Shown piece after piece: positions 49,211-61,210 of a stretch of 64,000 nucleotides of DNA. The notes under the pieces are model-generated. The model searched no databases, had not been told where the DNA came from, and was given only the letters and a program-made list of their open reading frames with translations. Position 1 is the first letter of the stretch; every line of letters starts with the position of its first letter. The stretch lies in assembly GCA_030390025.1 (NCBI GenBank), contig CM059431.1, forward strand, positions 110,858,001 to 110,922,000, read 5' to 3'. The position numbers and the translations under genes were made by a program. This DNA is from Squalus acanthias (lineage: Eukaryota).

Positions 49211-50417
49211 GGGGCAAAAAATGGAGTCGTGCCCCCTTTGGGGTGTTAACTTCGCTGGGGCGCTACTTATAGCGCCCTGGAAAAATTAGCGCCCCCGCAA
49301 CCGAAATTGAGTGGTTGCGCCCCAAGAGGGAAGCGGGGCGCTACTGGAAGTGCCCCGCCTCCCTCTTGGGGTGCTCCGAGGGAGTATCGCGGCGCTACAT
49401 GCCGCGGTATTGCAGGCCTTCCTCCCTTAAAGGCGAGGGGCCTTGCGCAGCGCGACCCGGGGTCCCCGGGGATCGGGAGTGCTGGCAAAAGAGCCTGGCA
49501 CTCAAGAGAAGTGCCGGGCCCTGGAGCACAGCCGGCACTCCGCGGGGGGGGGGGGGGGGGGGGGGTGGCGGGTAAGGAGGCTGGGGACGGGAGCGGAGGC
49601 AGGTGCTGGCAGGCGGCCAGCAACAAAAATGGCCGCTCGGCACCTTGCCTTTAAATAGCGCTGCCCCGGCCACAGGTAGGTCCCCCTGACCCCGTCGGAC
49701 ATAGTGTCAGGTGGTAAGTCAGGGGGCGCTACCGAATATCGCGGCTGGGGCGTGAGCGGGGCACTGCGCACGGCGATGACATCATCGCCGGCGGCGCAGC
49801 GCACGGGGCGCTAACCTCCCGCTGAATTTCGCGGGAGGTGTTGGCTGCTCCGCACCCAGGCGCTAGTTGCTTTGTGCCCTGTTAGCACCCTCTTAGGTTT
49901 CTGGGATGGCAGGACTGTCGTATGAGGAGAGATTGGGTCGACTAGGCCTGTATTTACTAGAGTTTAGAAGATTGAAAGGAGATCTCATTGAAACATATAA
50001 AATTCTGACAGGGCTAGACAGACTGGATGCAGGGAGGATGTTTCCCTGGCTGGGGGGGTCTAGAATGAGGGGTCACAGTCTCAGGATACGGGGTAGGACA
50101 TTTGGGACTGAGATGAGGAGAAATGTCTTCACTCAGAGGGTGGTGAACCTGTGGAATTCTCTACGCCAAACAGCTGTGGAGGCCAAGTCACTGAATATAT
50201 TTAAGAAGGAGATAGATAGATTTCTAGACACAAAAGGCATCAAGGGGTATGGGGAGAGAGCGGGAATATGGTATTGAGAGAGAGGATCAGCCATGATCAT
50301 ATTGAATGGTGGAGCAGGCTCGAAGGGCCAAATGGCCTACTCCTGCTCCTATTTTTCTATGTTTCTATGTTTCTTAGGGTGCTAACGGGAGGCGCAAAGC
50401 AACCAAATTTTTCCCCC
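49211..50417. mobile_element. GC/CpG-rich Harbinger-type MITE (TAGCGCC-rich), interrupted by CR1
   Basis: Ends GGGGCAAAAAAT ... AATTTTTCCCCC. Right arm is homologous to the reverse complement of 58434-58520. Confidence 0.78.
49898..50371 (+). mobile_element. Young CR1 3' fragment with 7-bp TSD
   Basis: 123-aa ORF2 end; TCTTAGG at 49891-49897 and 50372-50378. Confidence 0.92.
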
Positions 50418-50997
50418 GTGCTGTTTTGCAAGATTGCACCCCTCTCTGCCTGTCCAGTGATGGGAAAGGACTGACATCACTAAACTAGGAAACCTTTATT
50501 AGGAGTCTGAGATGGTTTTGTTTTTTGGATAAAAATATCAAAACAAAGAAAAGCCTAAACTTTTGACTTGTATCAGAGAAATTAAGCAAGTAATTGATTA
50601 GAATCAACAATAAAAATGATAGAAGGAGTTGTTTATTTATGCAACACAGATTTATTTAGTAATGAAATTATGGACGTGAGGATTTATTTATTGATCTACC
50701 TGGATGAGGGAAACTTATTTATTTTCCAGGAACCAATTAAAAAAACACTTATGCAACTCATTTTAAGCAACATTTCATCCAAACTTCTTTACAGTGGTCA
50801 TGTGCACCCATCCCCCATTACCACACTGCAGCATACCCTTCCAACCATATAATGGGCAATTAGTTTATCTCCCATGGCATGGCACATGGGAAGTCAGAGG
50901 CTATGGAGTGAAATTGACCTTTTGCACCATTTTCCAGGCAAAAAACAGGTACAAAGAAGTCCAATTTAGGAGGGCCAGCCTCCTTCACCCAAATAGC

Positions 50998-52793
50998 ACA
51001 AGAACATAAGAAATATGAGCAGGAGTCGGCCATACGGCCCCTCGAGCCTGCTCCACCATTCAATAAGATCATGGCTGAACTTCGACCTCAACTCCACTTT
51101 CCCACACTTTCCCCGTTCCCCTTGATTCCCTTAGTGCCCAAAAATCTATCGATCTCATTCTTGAATATACTCAATGACTAAACATCGAAAGCCCTTTGGG
51201 GTAGAGAATTCAAAAGATTCACAACCCTCTGAGTGAAAAGATTTCTCCTCATCTCAGTCCTAAATGGCCAACCCCTTATCCTGAGACTATGCCCCCTAGT
51301 TCTAGACTCACCAGCTTGGGGAAACAGCCTCACAGCATCTACCCTGTCAAGCCCCCTAAGAATTTTATACATTTCAATGAGATCACCTCTCATTCTTCTA
51401 AACTCCAGAGAATAGAAACATAGAAACATAGAAAAATAGGAGCAGCAGTAGGCCATTCAGCCCTTCGAGCCTGCTCCGCCATTCAATATGATCATGGCTG
51501 ATCCTCTATCTCAATACCATACTCCCGCTCTCTCCCCATACCCCTTGACGCCTTTTGCGTCTAGAAATCTATCTATCTCCTTCTTAAATATAGTCAGTGA
51601 CTTGGCCTCCACAGCCTTCTGTGGTAGAGAATTCCACAGGTTCACCACCCTCTGAGTGAAGAAATTTCTCCTCATCTCAGTCCTAAATGTCCTACCCCGT
51701 ATCCTGAGACTGTGACCCCTCGTTCTCGACCCCCCAGCCAGGGGAAACATCCTCCCTGCATCCAGTCTGTCTAGCCCTGTCAGAATTTTATAAGTTTCAA
51801 TGAGATCCCCTCTCATTCTTCTAAACTCTAGTGAATACAGGCTTAGTCGACCCAATCTCTCCTCATACGACAGTCCTGCCATCCCAGGAATCAGTCTGGT
51901 GAACCTTCGCTGCACTCCCTCTATGGCAAGTATATCCTTTCTTAGGTAAGGAGACCAAAACTGCACACAGTACTCCAGGTGTGGTCTCACCAAGGCCCTG
52001 TATAACTGTAGTAAGACATCCTTGCTCCTGTACTCAAATCCTCTTGCAATGAAGGCCAACATACCATTTGCCTTCCTAACTGCCTGCTGCACCTGCATGT
52101 TTGCTTTCAGTGGCTGGTGTACAAGGACACCCAGGTCCCTCTGTAAATCAACATTTCCCAATCTATCACCATTTAAATAATACTCTGCCTTTCTGTTTTT
52201 CCTACCAAAGTGGATAACTTCACATTTATCCACGTTATACTGCATCTGCCATGTATTTGCCTACTCACTCAACTCAAATAGAGGCCCATTCTACTCAATC
52301 TCTGCTCATACGACAACCCTCTCATCCCAGGAATCAATCTAGTGAACCTTTGTTGCTCCGTCTCAAGGCAATTACTGTATATCCTTCCTTAGGTAAGGAG
52401 CCCAAAACTGTACACAGTACTCCAGAAGTGGTCTCACCAAAACCCTATATAATTGTAGCAAACTTCCTTAATCTTATAACCTAACCTCCTTGCAATAAAG
52501 GCTAACATATCATTTGCCTTCCTAATTGCTTGCTGTACCTGCATGTTAACTTTCTGTGATTTGTGCACAAGGACACCCAAATCCCTCTAAACTCCAAAAT
52601 TTACTAGTCTCTCACCTTTTTAAAAAATAGTCTTCCTACCAAAGTGGATAATTTCACATTTCCCCACATTATACTCCATCTGCCACCTTCTTGCCCACTC
52701 ACTTAACCTGTCTATATCACTTTGCAGTCTCTTGCACCTTCCTCACAGCTTATTTTCCACCTAGCATTGTATTGTCAGCAAACTTGGATATAT
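50998..52793 (-). mobile_element. CR1 3' fragment hosting a nested young CR1 (51417-52276; intact 244-aa ORF 51511-52245)
   Basis: Two tails, at ~51000 and ~51417. AATAGA duplicated at 51411-51416 and 52277-52282. Confidence 0.92.
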
Positions 52794-53381
52794 TATAGCG
52801 TTGGAAACATGTCCACACAATATTGTTTTGTGTGCTGTAGAGGCATTGCTACAAAATATTTTGGACACTTAGCTGTGTAAATACAAATACCTGGGGTTCG
52901 CGTGGGGTTTAGGATTAGGATTAGGCCAGAAGTTGCAAGCCAGAGCCAAGGGTGAACATCAGTCCAGACCATTTGCCAGGGTTTAATTGTGTTGAGTGCG
53001 GGAAAGAACAGGCAGATCAAAGAATTAAAAAAAAGACCAAAAGATACAGGCCAGGGTTGCGCTGGAGGTGAAAAAATTGTTGAGACAGAAGTTTGCAGAC
53101 CTGGGCTAAAAGTGAGGCAGAGGATTGGAGGGATCATAAGAGGGCACCAGGGAGGAAGGGAGGGTGCGAAGTGATGTGGGAGTGGGGGAATATTATAATT
53201 AATATTCTAATGTCATAATTAGGTGAGGTGCTGGGGGGAAAATAATTTTAAAAATTGAGGTGACTAGTTGTAAAACAAACATGTCTAACTTGTGCATTTT
53301 TGTGGAATTGATTCTCTGGATATGATTAGTCCTTGGCAATCCTGGGTAATAGCTCATGGTTAGCATGGGCCAAAGAGCAAT

Positions 53382-53800
53382 GGCCCAGAATTTCCTGGAG
53401 CGTGGCATCTCGCGGTGAGCGCCATGAGTTGGATTTTTTCCCCTCACGCTCCAATTAATTTTGAGCCGCAAATCGCTGGAAATCGGAGTTGATAACGGTG
53501 CGGCGAGGTCAACAGGGCATCTGGGACCTTGGAGAACGACAGGACCAACAGTGTATCTCCTTAACCAATTACATTTAAGAATAGATAAAGAACCAGGAAT
53601 GGCGTAGAAGGAAATAGGGTGAATTAGAGTCAAATTAGATACAGGAAGAGAAATAAAGAGAAAGGGAAAGAAATATTGATTAAGAGAGAGGAAAAAGAGA
53701 CAGAAAGGAAAAGTAAGAAAAAATTAAAAATGTAAAAAAAGCTCCGGGAACAATTTACTACCTGCAGGAGTGAGACTCCACAGTTTCAATTGTTCCCTTT
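53382..53800. mobile_element. Truncated MITE of the 25067 family
   Basis: Starts GGCCCAGAATTTCC and is collinear with 25067-25475. Confidence 0.65.
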
Positions 53801-55982
53801 TGTTAACAAAAAGACACTTATTCATAAGGGATTGATCAAACAAGCATTTGTGAAATGCTTTCACAATACTGAGTAGCTGGCTAAAGCTGTCTGATGTCCT
53901 TCCAGGAAACAAAACTCCACTGTCTGCTCTCAATTACCTCCCTCTGTTCCAGTGTTTGTCAAAATAATACATTCTCCCTTGGAGAGCTTCAGTATATTTG
54001 ACAACTGGTACTTAATAGCTGGAGAAATGAAATTTGAAGGATTAATAACAGCGGTCATCTACCATTGGCCAATTTCAGTGAGATATTTGGGCACCACTTG
54101 ACCTTAGCCAATTCACACATTTCTTTGGAGGTGGTGGGTGCTAAAATCGTTGTTTACATGTTTTCAGTGCTTTTAACAGTGAAATTGCTAAATTGCTGAA
54201 TAGCTTTTGTGTATTCACTGTAGAAAATATAAGCCTGAAAATTATACTGTGTGCTAATAACATATGCCAAGTTCATATGAAATTCCTTTGTCCACTATTT
54301 TAGTGGAAGTGTTAGCCTCCACAGTGTGATTTTAAGACCATAATTACCACAGTGTTGAATGGCAGGTGCAAATAATTTGTAAAGTACAAGTTAAGAGCTG
54401 TGAAAATTGTATTTGTTCAGTGAGATTGAGAATAGCTGAATATCAAAGAGATTGCTTGAATCTTTTCAAATTATTCTTCAAAGCTTTTGGTTCTTTTTGG
54501 CCTCCCACTTTTGCCCCTGTGGTCTTCAGCTTGCTTGTTTCACAGGTGTACTATTTTTCCACGTTCCTTAAAGTTTTGTCTTTGATAGACTGCTTTTTGG
54601 ATTTTTTTTCTTGCTGATCACAGAACACACAAGGGCCGATCTTAACTATCGGGCGGCCAGTCGATTTCTGACCCAGTCTCTTTTGAGGGAAGGGCCTCGT
54701 TAACTTGCCACCAATAAGCGGCACTGGGATGTCCGTTCAGCAGGCTGGCTCTGGGTCAATACAATTTTGGGCAGCCCAGAGGTTGGCCTGGCCAGCAGAG
54801 TTGTAGATCCTGGTGGGGACAGGGGACGATCATAGAGAGGAGGAGTCAAGAGCGGCAGCAACCCACATTATTCTTGTGGAGAGCAGAGGATCACTCCTGC
54901 TCCTCCTGGCCCCAGCTACACCTCAAGAGTAATTCACTGGTTGTAAACTGCTTTAGTATATCCTGAGGACGTGAAAAGTATTATATAAATACAAGTTCTT
55001 TCTTTATTCGAGGTTTACCTCCAGACAAGATCTACTATGGGGCAACCCTGCCCATTGCTGTGAAGATAATCAAAGCATTGAATTTTTATTGACCGAATCC
55101 TTCCAAGCCACCAATGATGATATCTGCCACCTTAATATTCCAATTTTTGTCTTTTATGCTTGATAATCTACTTGGGTTCAGCATCACTGACCACTCCCGT
55201 AGGTGATTCTTGCATGCCATGTGTCATTATCTGCCCAATATCTAGGTAAACAATAAAGAGACCAAGTGATTGAAAAGAGATCCTTCACCATTACACTGTG
55301 GCTGACTTAGAAAGTATCGTGTACTGCAATGTTACATCTCTTTGGCTGCGATTTTGCCGACGCTCAGGGGGTGGGTTTGGAGGCGGGGTCAGGCGGCAAA
55401 ATTTCAAAAAATGATGGCTGGTTCCTATCCGGCCGCCAACCCGCCTCCATGTAACTTTGCCAAAGGTGGGCTCCCAGACTCCCATTTGGTCCCGCCGTAG
55501 GCACTTAAGGCAGTTAACTGCTTGTTAACTGCCTGGATAATGCCATTTTGACACCCGTTTTAAATTTTACCACTTTTTCTGCGTGTTCCACGCCATTCCC
55601 AAACCACGCCAGCTTTGTGTGTCGGGTTCACAAGTGGCTGCCTTCTTGACAGCTTCAACTCCAGCATAAAAACGGAGCTCTCAACAAGGATCAGTTGCAG
55701 GTGGCAGAATTTTGTTTTTTCAGGTCTTGGAAAACTTTTTGCAGGTCTACTGATCTTGGAAGTGGTGAAGCTGAGATCCATCTCCACTGTGACCTCCTGG
55801 GAAAACCCTTTCCCCACATTGACTGAGCGCTTCTTCAACAGAGATATCTACCAGCAGCATGGGAACCATTTATTTCCTTTCATCCTGGTCCTCAGATTCG
55901 GAGGAAGAGCAGCCGCGGCAGCAGCAGAACCAGGAACAACAGCACCAACAGCAGGAGTGCCAACCTCCTGCTCACCCACCTG

Positions 55983-57068
55983 ATGGTGCACAGAAGGCGT
56001 CAGCGCAGGAATGCACATCGCCGCAGGAGATGCCCCCAACACAGGGTTTACAGGCCGAGGATGAGCTTCCTCAACATGAGTGAGCAGCAGTGCCAAAGGA
56101 GGCTGAGACTTTCGCGAGAGGTAGTCGGTGACATCTGCGCAATGCTGCACCAACACCTGGAGCCCAGAGGAGCGGGTGGACACCCCTTACCAGTGGCTGT
56201 CAAAGTCACCACCGCCCTCAATTTTTTTGCTTCAGAGTCCTTCCAGGGCTCATCAGCAGACATCAGCAGCATCTCCCAGTCGGCCGCACACACTTGCCTC
56301 ATGCAGGTAACCGATGCCCTCTTTGCCAAGGCGCTCAATTACATCCACTGCTCGACAGATCAAGCAAATGTAACAGCACATGCGGTTGGCTTTGCAAATA
56401 TGGCAGGCTTGCCAAGGGTGCAGGGCATCGTAGACTGCACACATGTGGCCCTGAGGGCACCCCATCACACCCCAGCTGTTTTTGTCAACCGCAAGGACTT
56501 CCACTCCCTCAACGTGCAGTTGTTGTGTAACCACAGGAAGGGCATTTTGCATGTTTGTGCGAAGTACCCTGGCACTTGCCATGACTCGTTCATCCTGCGG
56601 CAGTCTAGTGTGCCTCTGCTCTTCAATCCGCCAAACCAACTTTCTGGATGGCTACTTGGAGACAAGGGCTATCCCCTGAAGACATGGCTGATGACACCGT
56701 TGAGGAGTCCATCGAACGAAGCTGAGGAGCGCTACAATGCCAGCCACATTTTGACCAGATCCATCATCGAGCAAACCATCGGCTTGCTGAAGATGCGATT
56801 CAGATGCCTTGACAGATCAGGTGGAGCCCTACAGTATTCAGCAGCCAGGGTCTCCAGAATCGTCGTGGTCTGCTGTGCGCTGCACAACAACGCACAGCAT
56901 CGTGGCTTGCAGCTGCCTGAGGAACAAGTGGCTCAGCGCATAGCCTCCTCAGATGAGGAGGAGGAGGAGGAAGACCTTGCGGAGGCGGATGTGCCAGTTC
57001 CAGCAGCACGCGAACACATTGCTGCCCGAGATGCAAGAGATGCACTAATCGTTGCCAGATTCGCTTAA
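55983..57068 (+). CDS. Harbinger/HARBI1-like DDE transposase, 361 aa (ancestral start probably the ATG at 55859, now frameshifted)
   Basis: [54 protein letters not shown]; no internal stops. Confidence 0.92.
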   Translation: MVHRRRQRRNAHRRRRCPQHRVYRPRMSFLNMSEQQCQRRLRLSREVVGDICAMLHQHLEPRGAGGHPLPVAVKVTTALNFFASESFQGSSADISSISQSAAHTCLMQVTDALFAKALNYIHCSTDQANVTAHAVGFANMAGLPRVQGIVDCTHVALRAPHHTPAVFVNRKDFHSLNVQLLCNHRKGILHVCAKYPGTCHDSFILRQSSVPLLFNPPNQLSGWLLGDKGYPLKTWLMTPLRSPSNEAEERYNASHILTRSIIEQTIGLLKMRFRCLDRSGGALQYSAARVSRIVVVCCALHNNAQHRGLQLPEEQVAQRIASSDEEEEEEDLAEADVPVPAAREHIAARDARDALIVARFA

Positions 57069-57328
57069 GTAGACAAATGAAACAAATGTGGCTGGCACCT
57101 TCTTAACACACCATATACAACCTGTGGGTTCCTATCACTCTCACCACCGTCATTACAAATGCAAGTCGCCCTGAGCCCTCAATGTGCAACTTCCATTTCC
57201 GAGATCACATAGGCCAGAACGTCAACTGTTTGCCATCACTTCTGTTTAATCCATTCACAAAAGGATGACAATGTCAAAAATTATACAAAACAGAACAGAA
57301 CAGAACATCGAAGTGACTATCCTTGTGA

Positions 57329-58350
57329 TTAATTGTGCTTTATCTTCCTCTTACGCGTGCTTCTACGCCGTGCTTCCCCTGTGGCTTCAGCAGATGTGGA
57401 GGTACCTTGCTCACTTTCATGCTGCTCCTGCTTCGACACCTTTGGCGGGCGTCCCCTGGGTTTGCGAGCCTGTGAGGGCTTGGCAACAGTCTGCTCCTCC
57501 TGTGTCTGTGCAGGGGCTGAGACGTCCATCTCAGTTGGGTGAGGACTCTGGTGGGGCTCTGACTGAGGGCTACTCAGTGGCATGGGAGTGTGAGCGCTTG
57601 GAGAGGAGCCCCCACTTCCTTGTTGCCTGCCACCAACATCCCTCTCATTGGTCAGCCCCACATCAGTGGCTTGACAGCACCTTGCTGCACATCAGGGGGG
57701 CCATGGGGACCCGTATCTTCACTGGCAGTCCTACTCAAAAGGACTTCCATGAAGCTCTGGTTTCTCTGCTCAATAGCTGCCCATCGCTCCTCCAGAGATG
57801 TCAGTCTATTCTGAACATTCACCATGTTTTCCTGACGCTGGCGACTTATTTCCTCCATGGCCATAGCCATCCTTTCCACGGAGGTTGCCATACTATCCGT
57901 GTTAGTGCGTTCATGCGCCATTGCCTCCACAAAGACACTGCTCATGTTACAGTTAGACTCCTCCATCCTCTCCACACTCGCAGTAACCTTGGAGACAAAA
58001 CCTGCCAGAGACTCCTGCACTTGTTCCTGGAGTTCCAGCACCGCTCTCTTTCTGGATAGACCCGGAGACACAGGGTCCACATGCAGCTGAGCAGAGCTGG
58101 GAGCGCCCTGCGGCCTCCGACGAGGACTCTCCACTGCTGTCCCTGTCTCCACCATGTGTGAGCTGTGATACACCAGGTGACAACACTACTCTATCTCCCG
58201 AAGGTCCCTCCGAGGTGTGTGTTTCTGCGCTGGTGCTGGGTGCGCTTAATTCTGCTGGTGCTGCGCCCTCAGAGGTTGCAGGTTCCTCTGAGGAGTCTTC
58301 TGGCTCCAGCTCTTCCTCCTGGACAGTAGGGAGGGGGGCTGTCGATGGTC
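57329..58350 (-). pseudogene. Harbinger ORF2 exon 3 (acidic region, coiled coil, basic C-terminus)
   Basis: CCCCCACAG acceptor. Overlapping ORFs 57953-58381, 57652-58173 and 57329-57661 are joined by two frameshifts; ends RRSTRKRKIKHN*. Confidence 0.8.
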
Positions 58351-58433
58351 CTGTGGGGGAGTAAAGGCATGAGTTAGACATGTGATATTAACGTAGCATG
58401 CACATGGAATAGTGCAGATGATCATAAATCAAT

Positions 58434-59326
58434 GGGGGGAAAATTCAGTTGGTTGCGCCTCCCATTAGCGCCTTAAGAGGGCGCTAATGGGGAGCAAAGC
58501 AACTAGCGCCCGGGCGCGGCGATGTTTGCGCCACTCGCAAAATTAACTAGATATTTTGCGGCGGTGCTAAACACTACTGCCACGATCTCCTGCGCCGGCA
58601 GATCGTGACGTCAGTCGAGTGCGCAACACCCCGGTAGCGCCCCGGCGCGGATATTGAGTGGCGCCCCCTGCCTTACCGCCTGCCGCTAGCAACGACAGGT
58701 TGAGGGGAGCGTTTTGCAGTCAGGAAGGGACTGGGGGAGCGCTATTTAAAGGCGAACGCTTCCTGCCTTTTACTGTTGGTGACATATTTGAACCACGCAT
58801 TCTGAGAGAGAGAGAGAGAGACTTCTGGAGAGATTCAACGCTGTGTGAAGGAGTTTTGGGTACTGAGCAGCACTTTGCAGGTTCATTTTGATTTGCCCTT
58901 CCTTGTATCGATTTAGAAGAGACTGTGGGGGCTGCACTCTGAGCTCTTTCCCTGGGTCTCTCCATTGTTCTTTCCAACAGATTTGATGTACAGGTCTCTC
59001 CAGGCCGAGATTGAAGGCTGCAATGAGCAGGATGTGGATGGAAAGCAAGATCAACCCTCCCCTTTAAGAACTGGCCGGCGCCATTGTTTGTGTGTTCCAT
59101 TGCTGACTGACATCACATGAGCTTCGCCAGCGCTCTGAGGTAGCGCCTCGCTCCTCGGCCTTTGCGCCTTAAGACAGGTGTGAAGCGCCTGATTTAGCGC
59201 TCCAATCGCCTCCAGGGGCGATAAAAGTCAAGTTTGCAGTCGGAGGCGATAATTAGCGCCAGGCACTAATCTTTGCACCCGGCCGATAATTGCGCCCCAA
59301 ATGGGGCGATACTGAATTTCTTCCCC
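58434..59326. mobile_element. Non-autonomous Harbinger-type element nested in ORF2 intron 2
   Basis: TIRs GGGGGGAAAATTCAG / CTGAATTTCTTCCCC; related to 49211-50417; TSD ambiguous (possibly ATG). Confidence 0.82.
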
Positions 59327-59399
59327 ATGTTTGAGCATCAGATGCCATATCAGTCACTCATGCAATGTAAATGAGAGAGATGCAAATCTATTCTGTCAC

Positions 59400-59552
59400 C
59401 AGCTTGCTCTGCTGCGCCCGTCTGTCCGTCCCCCACTTCCAGATCCTCATCGGCTCCAATTATCTCTCGGGCCACCTCCTCAGTGTTGGTGAGATGGGCT
59501 ATTGAGGGTGGCCCTCCTCCTGTCTTTCCCTCTTATTGTGGGCTCTCTTTTC
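59400..59552 (-). pseudogene. Harbinger ORF2 exon 2
   Basis: TAG acceptor, EKRAHNKRE/TGGGPPSIAHLTNTEEVAREIIG... with a frameshift, GTGACA donor (phase 1). Confidence 0.8.
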
Positions 59553-59896
59553 CTACAATGAGGGACACAAGTGGAGTGTGAGTGAGAATGATGGAGTGAG
59601 TGTTGAGAATCCATAGCATAGATGCTTAGAAGGAGACAAAGATGGAGTGAGGTGCCAATACCAAGGGCGCTCCCTGTGTGTTGTTAGTTGTTGTCATAGC
59701 ATCACAGTTGATAGCGAGTGTGAGGGCAGCAAAGTCGAATAGTGAAGTGATTGTGTACATAGAGAGAGAGGGATGGTTAAGGGTGCAAGGGATGTAAGGG
59801 TAAAGGGGGATGTGCAGGAGTAGGTTGACAATGCAGAGTGCTGATGATGAGAGGAGATGGGGAGCAGATTGAGCGTCATGGTGATGTTATACTCAC

Positions 59897-60136
59897 TTTC
59901 CCTGAGCGGACCAGGTCATTGAACCTTTTTCGGCACTGCACCCAGGTTCAACTGCACATCGATGTAGAACTGACCTCCTGAGCAATTTGCAGCCAGACTG
60001 CTTTGGTCTGCTGTGGTGGCTTCTTCCTCTCAGAGGATGGGAAGAGTACCTCCTTTTGACCTCTGACTCCCTCCACAAGAGCATGGAGGGAGTCAGCAGC
60101 AAACCGTGGTGAGGCCTTGGCCCTTGAGGTTGCCAT
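59897..60136 (-). pseudogene. Harbinger ORF2 exon 1 (Myb/SANT-like DNA-binding domain)
   Basis: MATSRAKASPRFAADSLHALVEGV...W...S*TWVQCRKRFNDLVRSGK followed by GTGAGT donor. 240 nt, one in-frame TGA. Confidence 0.88.
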
Positions 60137-60796
60137 GTCAGCAGTAGTCCACAGAGTAGTCAATCCAGCAGTAAATCATGAGAAAATGAACCAAGGCTGC
60201 ATGGGCCCCTTAAATGCAGTTGGCTCACAGACGTCAGCAGAGGCGAGTTCCAGACCCAAAACACTAATTGGCCAGGGGAGTGCACACGCCGGACTCAATT
60301 GCCCAATTAGGGCGAAATCGGAATTTTTTACCGGCTGAAAGGGGAGGCGGGACTGGGACCCGCCGACCACCTGACCCGCACCCAACCCACCACCAATGAT
60401 AAACTCGCGGCCTTTATGTTTGGTGGATGGATTGAATATAAGCTCTATCAGACTGAGACTCGGACTATAACTCAACAAATGGTTTATTTCAAATAGGCCA
60501 GGTAAATGAACAGTCATCGATACAAAACTTTGCATTTACAGTACTTTATAAACTTTCACGACACATATAAAACAGTAAAGGCACTTCTACTTGCACTATC
60601 TATGTATGTACATTGAATCTTGAAAATTAAAGTTCACTACTTATGTGGTGAAATGATAGCAGGAAGTCAAACTATGCTCAACCGACAGCTGGCTGTAGAA
60701 TGACTCAAACGGCCAGGCATCCACAGGTAAACACCATGCAGAGGCTACAGAATTGTCCCTTAAAGGATCTCAGCAAATCACTGATCCTGGCCCTGC

Positions 60797-60897
60797 TCAC
60801 AGGTCCAAGACAGAACTGTTGGTGAAAATCACAACCCTCGGCGGGCTTGGTTCATTTTGATCTGTATCAGACACCTTCACTGGCTTGTTGCAAGATC
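60797..60897 (-). CDS. Candidate terminal coding exon of an unidentified host gene: (G)SCNKPVKVSDTDQNEPSPPRVVIFTNSSVLDL*
   Basis: Branch-like CTAAC, pyrimidine tract and CACAG acceptor. Only the phase-1 frame stays open. AATAAA on - at 60483-60488. Confidence 0.45.
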
Positions 60898-61210
60898 CTG
60901 TGAAGATATGTTAGAACAAAAGACATTACCACAATATTCTTCAATGCTTTAAAAAGAATACACAGGGCATTGGCCTTAGATTGAATTGTTGTAATAATCC
61001 AATTGCTAACAGATTCAGGCCAATCACTCTACATTCAACCAACATTATTGTTTGACTGAAACCAAAACTCAGATGCGTGGTCATGAAATATAGCCTTCCC
61101 ACCAAAATGTTCATCCCAGCACCTTGCAGAATAATTGCAAGTAGGAAACATTGTTAGCCCTGCACGCCAAGGGTTCAAAAACCATTGATCAACACTGACA
61201 AAAATACAAT

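Larger units (their letters stand above)
55344..60412. mobile_element. Structurally complete PIF/Harbinger DNA transposon with two convergent genes
   Basis: TIRs GGCTGCGATTTT / AAACTCGCGGCC (10/12). TTT on both flanks (55341-55343, 60413-60415). Transposase on +, Myb/SANT gene on -. Confidence 0.93.

Noticed and set aside
55983..57068. Calling this the domesticated HARBI1 gene
   Set aside because: It is intronless and sits inside TIRs/TSD with a partner ORF2 and multicopy derivatives, so it is a transposon copy; no gene symbol assigned.
57265..58059. 264-aa plus-strand ORF
   Set aside because: Antisense to ORF2 exon 3, with no recognisable motifs.
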